A stretch of DNA of 63,951 bases, filler included, from Octopus bimaculoides (lineage: Eukaryota): NCBI RefSeq assembly GCF_001194135.2. It is 6 parts of 6 records of this genome, joined end to end, with 100 filler letters (N's around TTAATTAATTAA, not from the genome) between each part and the next. Parts side by side here need not be neighbours in the genome. Positions count along the whole stretch, not along the records: positions 23,564 to 30,743 come from NC_068988.1; positions 30,844 to 39,955 come from NC_068996.1; 4 more parts are not named here. The stretch is one strand, 5' to 3'. Numbering within the stretch: position 1 is the stretch's first letter; each line of letters opens with the position of its first letter. Positions 25,096 to 34,850 of the stretch are shown here, piece by piece. A program made the position numbers and the translations under genes. The notes under the pieces were generated by a model. It had not been told where the DNA came from and did not search any database. It saw only the letters and a list, made by a program, of their open reading frames with translations.

Positions 25096-25578
25096 TACAT
25101 ACATATATATTTATTGTTTTATATATATTTTTTTCATTTTTTCCTTTTTAATTGTGTGAATGTGTACGTGTGTGAGTATATGCATATGTATGTATATATT
25201 AAATGTGTATTGTGTGCATGTGTATATATGTGTATGCGTGTATGTATGAATGTGAGTGTAGGACTGTGTCCGGTGCATAAGTGCAACTTTTATGCACACG
25301 TCCCCTTCTTTTATATGGATATGCATATGCTTGTATATCTGCAGTTGTAGGTGTGTGATAGGAGGATGTATAAGTATATATATATATGTGTGTGTGTGTG
25401 TGTACATATGTACATATATGTATATACGTATATGCAGGAGTGTGAATGTATGCCTGTATATATATATATATATATGTATATTTATATGTCTAAAGGTCTA
25501 AATATATATGAGTGCGAGCATACACCTATGTCTATATGAGGATGAAGTTGCATGAACATATACATAAATATATATATA

Positions 25579-25812
25579 ATTATAAAATCTGGTAATTAGT
25601 CATATATTAATTAATATCGAATAATTATCAGGAGGCCTATTTCTAGCGCATTAACTGTCCACGTTAGTGGTCGACGTTATTTTTTAAAATGTACCTTAAT
25701 CCCCTGAGATTGCAGATAATATTTCTGAATCTCTTTGATTCTTTAGATGTGCTGGCCTCCTGATAATTATTCGATATTAATTAATATATGACTAATTACC
25801 AGATTTTATAAT
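25579..25812. mobile_element. MITE with perfect 59-bp TIRs
   Basis: 25579-25637 ATTATAAAATCTGG..TCAGGAGGCC is the exact reverse complement of 25754-25812. Confidence 0.85.
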
Positions 25813-26009
25813 AATATTTTACCCATTACTCATGTTCTCATACTGAATATATAAGACTCAGTAAATATTTTCTGCGGATATATTCCTGGAATTAGCATGC
25901 CAAAACGAAGACTTTTGAATTTTAACATTAAGCTGTAATTAGCAGAACCATATGCACACGCACCCATGGCGGTGGGCAACTCTGTATACGATTCTGATGA
26001 TTACGGTTA

Positions 26010-26087
26010 CATTACTAATCAGGCTGATGAGGAATAGACAAATGGTAAGAATTTGTTAAATCCGAAACTAGTTCCTGTTTAATAATG
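26010..26087 (+). ncRNA. Type I minimal hammerhead ribozyme motif
   Basis: Stem I CATTACTAATCAGG 26010-26023 / CCTGTTTAATAATG 26074-26087 (12 of 14 pairs); core CTGATGA 26024-26030; stem II GGA..GACAAAT / ATTTGTT..TCC; GAAA 26064-26067; palindromic ACTAGT stem III; GUU triplet 26071-26073. Confidence 0.75.
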
Positions 26088-26245
26088 CTTTTTTAGGTGA
26101 TTTTAAATGTCTTGCCCGCTCACGTTTTTGGTATGCTGCTATATTTCATGTTGAGAACAATTTAGGTCTTAATAGACACAAGATGTGATCTATTTCTAGC
26201 GCATTAACTGTCCACGTTAGTGGTCAACGTTATTTTTTAAAATGT

Positions 26246-26277
<32 letters not shown>

Positions 26278-26852
26278 GTGCATATGTGTGTGGATATGTG
26301 TATATGTATGAGTACATACATGCATATATATGTTTGTGTGTGTATGTGAATGTACATATACATATTTTTGTGAGTGTACGTATGTAGACGTTATGAACGT
26401 ACAAGATTTTATGTCTATGTCTTGCAAGAATATGGTTGTGTGTATTTTTTATCTTTCATATTTTTCCCAACCTTTTTAGATTAACTTCCCTTTTATTCAA
26501 TGGTTTTCATAGCGTCCATTACCATTTAATAGCCAACAAGAATGCATAGGCTAAGAGAAAAACTCTAACAGACCTATCAGAATGAAATCCCCACTTATGT
26601 TTTTCATCAAATTCTACTAAGATTCTTGTAGGTTCTGCATCAAGTCTCAACTCCAGCTCACCTGACCATGTCTCTCCATTGGATCTAAACGGCTCAGGAC
26701 AGTCACATACAGATGATACTTCCCCAGTTCTCTCCACTTACAACTGAGTCGCAGCTTTGGGCCCAACTGATGCAAGCTTCTTCAGACCCCCAACAGATGA
26801 GAAAGGATAACTTAACAGGGTTTGACATATCAATATCAATCTTCTATTGCAG

Positions 26853-27060
26853 AGGTTGCCCTTGAAAGACTTTTCCCAAGAGATCCGTGCACACCGTGAT
26901 GTGGATAACTATTTATGTAACACGTTGCTGTTGTTAGATATTGAGGAGAGCAATATGGAAGATATTGTTCAATTGATGATTGATAAAGTTTTGGAAACAC
27001 AAACGAAGCAAAATCTCAATATGGCTGACCTCATGAAAACCATATTTGCAATGCACAGAG
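26853..27060 (+). CDS. SLC4A11: SLC4A11-like anion/borate transporter, internal exon (N-terminal cytoplasmic domain)
   Basis: Acceptor TCTTCTATTGCAG, donor GTGAGT. Encodes RLPLKDFSQEIRAHRDVDNYLCNTLLLLDIEESNMEDIVQLMIDKVL..., which I recognise as matching the SLC4A11 segment LKNFxxEIRAHRDLDGFL. Phase 0 to 1. Confidence 0.85.
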
Positions 27061-28339
27061 GTGAGTTATTTTAAAAGCTATAATATTAGTTATTCATTTT
27101 AAGTGTGTTTTTCCTTGTTAGCATGGGCTAAATGGTCGCCATATGATTCAGTCCTTGTTGCAGTTGATGGCTTGTGTTCCTCTATGACCCTGAGAGCTTT
27201 GCCTGCAGAGTGCTAGTTGCTGGTAGGCCCTTCCATGCAGGACAGATCAAAGCATAGAGGTCAGACTAATACCTCCTCCTCCTCCTCCTCCTCCTCCTCC
27301 TCATCGTCGTCGTCGTCGTCGTCACTATCATCATTCAGCATCTGCTTTCCATGCTGGTGGAGTTAAACAACAGTAACATTCATCCCATCCAGGACTGTCA
27401 CATTATGTTGGCAAATAGTCTTTACTTTAAAAAACTGTTACCGAATATTTCTCTTTGAGAGATTTAGAAATAATAATGTTTCTATTTATGGGTTAAATCA
27501 TTTGACTGAAACGGGTCAGCTAGAGAGTTGCACCAGGTTCCAATCCGATTTGGCATGGTTTCTATGACTGGATGCCCTTTCTAATGCCAACCACTCCAAG
27601 AGTGTAATGGGTGCTTTTTATGTGCCACTAGCATGGGTGCCAGTTACGTGACATTGGCAATGACCACAACTACGATTTCACTTGGCTTGACAGGTCTTCT
27701 CAAGCACAGCATATCACCAAAGGTCTCAGTAACTTATCATTGCCTCCATGAGGTCTTCCAAAATATAAAAACAGATTTTTGTAGTGCCAACACCCCTACC
27801 TAGAAAAACCAAGCAAAGTTACAGTAGAACCAATGATAATTGAAAGTCAACAAGACTCGAGAGAGGAAGACCTTTTCTTAGGGAAACATGACACATTAGA
27901 GAAAAAATCTGAAAGGCAGAAGACCAGATCCTAATGTGGAAGTGGGGATGGATAGGCAACACCTTAGATAAAACAACATCCTCCATTATATGTCAGGCCC
28001 AGACTTGGAACACACAAGGGAGGCAAAAGAGAGAACCCTCTAAAAGGAGCTGGGGGTAAGTTAATGAGGCAAAGCTGAAAAAAGCATGGATACAACAGGA
28101 AAAAATCAGAAAGGACATCCTAAAATCAAGATCATTGGATAAAATTAGACATAGGCCTATGTACCATAGGAAACAAAGGTTTTAGGTATATAAGTAATAG
28201 TTTCAAGAAAAATTCTTGCTAAGAACCCACAACCCTCAAATTTCTTCCTTCCTTGTTTTTTTCCTTCTTTTCTCCCAACTTTTCTTCTGTTTTTTTGTTG
28301 TTGTTTTCTTTCTATTTTGTTTTTCTTTCTTTCTTGCAG

Positions 28340-28424
28340 TGGACCTCCTCAGTAGAACCATTCAAGGAGTGAAGTTTTCTCAGCTGAACACACTTCAATA
28401 TGACCATACTTGGCTCTGTATGTT
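28340..28424 (+). CDS. SLC4A11: SLC4A11-like transporter, next internal exon
   Basis: Long polypyrimidine tract then TTGCAG, donor GTGAGT. Phase 1 start completes G+TG = Val: VDLLSRTIQGVKFSQLNTLQYDHTWLCM, matching SLC4A11 VHLLSDTIQGV..YQQSWLCI. Intron 27061-28339. Confidence 0.88.
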
Positions 28425-29412
28425 GTGAGTAGTATTATAATGAGGTTGCATCATTAAATATTGAATATACAATGTACTGCATGCTTTCTTTTTTTTCCCA
28501 CAGAACCAGCAGCAAATATTATGGTCTTCTAGCCTTGGAAGTCACAAAACAATCATCATTAGTGCCATGGAAAATAAGCACCCAGTACACTCAGTAAACT
28601 GGTTGGTGTTAGGAAGGGCATCTAGCAGTAGAAAGCATGCCAAAGCAGACACTGGAATATGATGCAAACCTCCAACTTGTCAGATTTTCTCAAATCATCC
28701 AACTCATAAAAACATAGAAAAGCAGACACAAAATGGTGGTGGTGGTGGTGGCAGTGGCAGCCATTGTGGTGGTGATGGAGAGCTGGTGATATTTCTGTTG
28801 TAGTTGTTATTGTCACTCTTCAGGAGTTCAAATCCTCTTGTCATAATATCAAGTGAGGTGGAGTAAAATAAGTGCTAGCACACTTCAAGTGGCAAGCAAG
28901 AAATGTTTAATTACTCAGACTCTATCCAATGCTTAAATCCTTCACTGTCTGCAAAAAAATTAAGATTTCAATGTGAGGCATCTATTGTAAAGACAGACAA
29001 GGCAGGAATTTGTGGAAACAGATGTGACTACCACTGATTAGAAATTTTAAGAATTTTGTAAATAAAAAAAACTTATGTTGTATCTTGAGGGTGGGGTCAT
29101 TATGCCAATAAAATTTAAATAAACACATACACTGATTAAATACCACTTCATTATTTTACCAACTAACAATTCAATGGTTTGTTTAATGTGTTGATTGAAC
29201 AATCAATTGATCATTAGTTTTCTTTGTCAGAGTCCTTTCATTGCTTTTCTCAACCTCATCAATGACATGCTCTCACTCTTCCAGTTATCCTTGGTATCTT
29301 TTTCCTTATTCCTTAATTTCAAATTCGAATTCCTAATCCCACCAAATATTATGAAGAAATGTTTATTTCCCTTGTACTAACAGTTCATTAAGCAACACTT
29401 TATATTTAACTG

Positions 29413-29444
<32 letters not shown>

Positions 29445-29499
29445 CTTACTTGGAAATGGATGAATCGCATTCAATTAAATAATAAATAATGTATAATAT

Positions 29500-29797
29500 A
29501 TATATATATATATACACACACACATGCATATATGGGTACAGGACGTCACCAACAGTGCAAATAACATGAAATACGTAAGCAAATGAGTTAAATACGTAAA
29601 CAATGAGAAAAAAAAATGTAAAAAAGGACAGGTAAACACAGTAGACAGACAGCCAACAACTGATGATGGGTCCTTTCTCTGTGTTTACTTATCCTGTTTT
29701 CCATTTTTTTCTCATTGTTTACGTATTTCATGTTATTTGCCCCATTGGTGACGTCCTGTACCCATATATGCATATGTGTGTGTGTATATATATATAT
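29500..29797. mobile_element. MITE with long TIRs, embedded in (TA)n
   Basis: ATGCATATATGGGTACAGGACGTCACCAA..GTAAACACAG (to 29641) mirrored by CTGTGTTTAC..TTGGTGACGTCCTGTACCCATATATGCAT (from 29679). Confidence 0.85.
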
Positions 29798-29815
29798 AGC
29801 TATATATATATATAG

Positions 29816-29846
<31 letters not shown>

Positions 29847-30429
29847 AGGTGCATTTAAAATATCCAACTTTGTTTCCTGCCAAAACTAATGCTGCATGAG
29901 CAAAATTCTTTGGGCTGGCCATGTAACATCTTAGCTCGTAAGTTACCTCATCATTTCACATTTGTTTTGCTTTTATATGTTGATTCCCTGAAGATGAATA
30001 TATGTGGAATTCCAGCAACTCTTACTTCTTTGTAGAAGAGCTCTCATATATTTTGAAACATGTGTAGGAATTAAAGGAACTTTTATTTATATGCGTTTTG
30101 CTCCATTTATTGTTATTATTCATATCTTCTCAAAATGTATCACTTTAACTTGGTATCTCTACCTATAAAACGGCTGTGATATCTTGGTTTTTTAGTGTAA
30201 TTTTGCTACCTCTGGTAACTATTAACATATTTACATTGTCAAAGGTTTTTTTTAAAACTGAGATAATATTAATATATACATAAACTAATATATATATATA
30301 TATATATATATAGGTACATACATATACATGTGCATATATGTATACATATATACATATACACACACACATACACACATACATAATCTTTTATATTTAATCA
30401 CCAACCAAAATACAGTTGCCCTACTTTTT

Positions 30430-30743
30430 TTTGGACGCATGCGTACGAACAGCCATGCTACATGGCAGTGAAACATGGGCTGTAACTGCTGAGGACATAC
30501 GTAAGCTCGCAAGGAATGAAGCCGGTATGCTCCGTTGGATGTGTAATGTCAATGTGAATACCCGTCAGAGTGTAAGTATCTTGAGAGAAAAGCTGAACAT
30601 TAGAAGCATCAGTTGTGGTGTGCAAGAGAGACGATTGCGCTGGTATGGACATGTGGTGAGAATGGATGAGGATAGCTGCGTGAAAAAGTGCCACACCCTA
30701 ACAGTTGAGGGAACCCGTGGAAGAGGTAGGCCCAGGAAGACCT
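30430..30743 (+). mobile_element. RTE-clade LINE 3' coding fragment, cut by spacer
   Basis: RTAMLHGSETWAVTAEDIRKLARNEAGMLRWMC..VQERRLRWYGHVVRMDEDSCVKKC..GTRGRGRPRKT, classic RTE C-terminal motifs, uninterrupted. Confidence 0.92.
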
Positions 30744-30843
30744 NNNNNNNNNNNNNNNNNNNNNNNNNNNNNNNNNNNNNNNNNNNNTTAATTAATTAAN
30801 NNNNNNNNNNNNNNNNNNNNNNNNNNNNNNNNNNNNNNNNNNN
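30744..30843. other. Assembly spacer N44-TTAATTAATTAA-N44 (artefact)
   Basis: 12-mer at 30788-30799. Confidence 0.95.
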
Positions 30844-31204
30844 TATATATACATATACATACAGATACATACATTCACATACATATATACATACATACAT
30901 AAATACACACATATATACATACACACATACATATATACATATACACGCAAATATAAGTATGTATGCATGCGTAATGTATTCATGAGTTTTTTTTCCCCCA
31001 CGAACAATGTACACACGTAAAAGGAAGGATATTTCGGATAACCCGTTTTTATTATCACACGCTGGTTTACAACAACGCACTGGCAATAACTAAGAATGTC
31101 TGATACTTTACTTTCGTGGGTTTTCCTTTCAGCTTTTCCCCACCTAACCGCACCTATTAGTACTAATATTTTCTCTGTACATACGCACATACACACACCT
31201 AATA

Positions 31205-31414
31205 ATAATAATAATAATCTTTTTTGCTAGTGGCACGAGGCCTGAAATTTTGGGGGTGGGCATAAATCGATTGCATTAACCCCACTGTTTCAATGGTACT
31301 TAATTTATTGACCTCGAAAGGATGAAAGGCAAGATCGACCTCAGCGGAATTTGAACTCAGAAAGTAAAGAAGCATTTTGCCCGATGTGCTAACGATTCTG
31401 CCAGCTCGCTGCCT

Positions 31415-31415
<1 letters not shown>
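31205..31415 (-). mobile_element. tRNA-derived SINE, family A
   Basis: Reverse complement of head and body, with an (ATT)n tail at about 31200-31217. Confidence 0.8.
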
Positions 31416-31482
<67 letters not shown>

Positions 31483-31518
31483 CTAATAATATTAATAATA
31501 ATAATGATGATGATGATG

Positions 31519-31558
<40 letters not shown>

Positions 31559-31577
31559 CAATAACAACAATAACAAC
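31415..31577. repeat. Compound (GTA)n-(AAT/GAT)n-(AAC)n microsatellite
   Basis: Read directly; source of the poly-S, V, L and N ORFs. Confidence 0.95.
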
Positions 31578-32029
31578 GTGTTTAGGTGTACGTATATATG
31601 CATACGTACATTTACGTCACATATGTACATACATATGTACGGAAACACAGACAAAATATGCAATTTCTGTAAGTATCGATGTGTATTTTCTTACAGAAAT
31701 TGAGCTCTCAATTTTATGTACGTATGTACATGCATACGATATTACTGTATGTGGTATTCGGCGTGTGTATGTGTGTGTTTGGCTGTGTGAGTATTTGTGC
31801 TTTCATGATATATGCAACTGTTGATATTCATTGCATCTATTTATCATCCGTAATACTTGATTTTCTTTTTCAACATAATTGTGTGCGTTTATGTGCGCAC
31901 GGACATGCTTGTGTATGTGTGTGTGTGTGTGTTTTCAGTCGACTGTCTATGCCAGTACGCTATGTATTTGTTTCTGTTATATAAATTTGTTAATTTCCAT
32001 GGGTATCAATCTATGTATAAACTATCACC

Positions 32030-32030
32030 C

Positions 32031-32074
<44 letters not shown>

Positions 32075-32080
32075 CACCAC

Positions 32081-32127
<47 letters not shown>

Positions 32128-32234
32128 CTTTTTTTTTTTTCTTCCTTCCTTCCCCCTCCCAAAAAGAAAAGCTCTACATTGTATTTGTCCCATCTTCGTT
32201 GAGCCCTGTGTGGCTAATAAAAGAAATGTATCTG

Positions 32235-32285
<51 letters not shown>

Positions 32286-32298
32286 GTCTGTCTGTCTT

Positions 32299-32367
<69 letters not shown>

Positions 32368-32400
32368 TTATTTATTTATCTATCTATCTATTTATGTATC
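32030..32400. repeat. (TCTA)n, poly-T and (TCTG)n simple-repeat block
   Basis: Read directly. Confidence 0.9.
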
Positions 32401-32517
32401 TACCTTTCTGTCTATGTATTTATTTATATAGTGTGTGCATGTGTGTGTGTGTATCTCTACATACATATACATATATATTCACGCACATATTTGTATATTT
32501 GTGAACATGTGTGTGTT

Positions 32518-32568
<51 letters not shown>

Positions 32569-32835
32569 ATGAAGCAAAGAAAGAAAGAAAAAAGAAAGAG
32601 TACATATATATTTGTTTTCTTCTATTTGTGAGTATCCGGGTATCTGGTTATATAATGTTTGCATGCAAAGGTTTGACACCCCTCACCCCTTACACCTTCC
32701 TTACAATGTCTTGCAATATTCAGTACTTTTGGCCGCCAGTGAAAAAGAAATGAATAATAGAAACTAATTTGAAATGACAATAAGGAAATGTTCTACTACT
32801 ACTACTACTACTATTACTACTGCTGCTGCTGCTGT

Positions 32836-32873
<38 letters not shown>

Positions 32874-33319
32874 AACTCAGTGACTCCTTTAGTATGATGA
32901 TGATGATTTCTCTAGTTACTACAAACGGCAGTAGAACTACATTACTAGTAATAATACACACAAAACAGTAATTGCACAGTATTTAGAAGAAACGTATGTG
33001 TATTAAACTGAAACACGTGTATTTGGAACATGCAAATGTACACGTATGCACTGAATTTTATTGCAAGAAATGTGATATAAGAATGATGATGACGTCGACG
33101 GCGACGATGACGGCGACGATGATGATGATAATGACGATGGTGGTAGTGGTGGTGGTGATGATTTCTTTTATTGGCCACAGGAGCATAGCCGAGGGGGACA
33201 TCACAAGAGCAGTCAACAGTTTGTCTGATGTTTTACATGAAAGAGGAGAAGAAAGAAGTGGAAAAGGCGGTGAAATGCGATAAAAGAATACATACTATTC
33301 AACGTATGTGATAACATAG

Positions 33320-34850
33320 ATGCAGTCCTCCTGAAACAGGAAAAACTTCCATTAGGACCAATCAAGGAACCTCCACGGATTTGTAATTACCACCAAGGGC
33401 ACAATCCCTTATTCAAACACTGCTCTGCAATCTACGGGTGTATGCTTAAAATAGATTCATTCACCGTAATTTTTTCCACAGTCATCTTTTCATAAGTTCA
33501 CTTTTCTCTCTACCCTCACCTGCTTTCAAAATGGAACTTTAAAAAGTCGATGAGAGTTTAATCAAAGAGGAAGATGTCTTTCCTTATTTCAGTATCGTCC
33601 ATTATACAATTTCTTTCGTCGTAGCCATTAAACAGAGGAAAAAATCCTGCTCTGTCTCAATAGAGAAAGGAGGGTAGTGGGGAGATCTTAACGATTGATT
33701 CGGCCGATTCTCGGATTCATCCCATTTGCGATAACAGCTGTTCGACGTGTACGTGCAAAACGGTTTCGTCGCTCTGCGCGCATCTCGGACAGTCTTGGTA
33801 ACAGTGCTTCTGTGCCTGTTGAGTTTATCTCGAGCCAGCAGTAGTCCTCAGTAGCACTGCCAGGCCAGAGACTTCTGAAAGTTATCTATGGTAATACTGG
33901 GCCCGAAGGTCCTCCGAAGTAGACCAGCTAGTTCATCCTCGTTGACGCCTAGTTTCCTCGAAAATGTAATTGTTTTTACCACCACTATATTTGTTTATAT
34001 TGCGAACGCACAACTTCCACTGAACGCATTGTCAACCAGTTGAGGGCAGTGAGCCAAGCGTCCAATCTTCGTCTTTTCTTGACTCAGGATTGCAGCTCCG
34101 TCAAAGAGATGAGCTGCGAAAGGCGTAATTTATAAACAGAGACCACACTGCATTAGCATGCCGAACCCGCTTTCCAGACGGTGCTGGCAACCGATGAACT
34201 ATCTGATCAGTGCAACGTGCCCTTTAACACAGGAAACGGAAATGTAAAAGCACTTGTATGGCCGAACGTGGACTGGGGCAAGAAAATTACTAAAGAGGCG
34301 ATATAACCATTTGCCACATCAGCTCAACGTCCAGGAATAATTTCCTCTCAGACCACTTCCGAATAAGACTTGCTATCTTGCTTCTAATTTTGTCTCAAGC
34401 CTTATCCATTCGAAGTTCCAAACCAAACCAGATCCTGAGCAATTTCACCGGTCCGTCTGTCTATCATCCTCCTATGTTCTTCGTAGGCATAGTCCTGCCT
34501 CTTTAGTTGCCAAGCTAAAAGCCTACCGAATTTTTCAGATTTATATTTTCTCCTTCCATCGCCTCCTATTTGACCACCCAGCAAACGTCACTGTGCATTG
34601 TAGCGACCCAGTCACTGAAAACATGTCCGAAATTGGCTGCAGTATGACTGCTACCAAATAGCGATGTTCGACCCTACCAAGGACTCTTGATCTAAGTTGA
34701 TCAGAGCCCAACGGAGGCCAGATTTACTGCACATTCTCTCTATGATGAAACATATGAGGTGGCGGTTGCCGTAGATAAATCTACCGGAGATCGCACACGT
34801 GTGAGATTCTGCGACTAAGCTATCTACGACAAGCAAGGACATTACAAAAC
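33320..34850 (-). mobile_element. Degenerate Tx1/L1-clade LINE (RT to 3' end, internally deleted)
   Basis: HTCAISGRFIYGNRHLICFIIER..ALINLDQ/..GRVEHRYLVAV..FGHVFSDWV, then TDGPVKLLRIWFG, KWSERKLFL, NFQKSLAWQCY and CPRCAQSDETVLH, with many stops and frameshifts. Confidence 0.85.

Noticed and set aside
26519-26820. 72-aa minus ORF (MERTGEVSS..) or an upstream SLC4A11 exon on the plus strand
   Set aside because: Plus frames hit stops or lack a GT donor in phase with the 26853 exon; the minus ORF has no recognisable homology. A CTGAAGA..AGCTT/AAGCT motif on the minus strand lacks GAAA and stem I.
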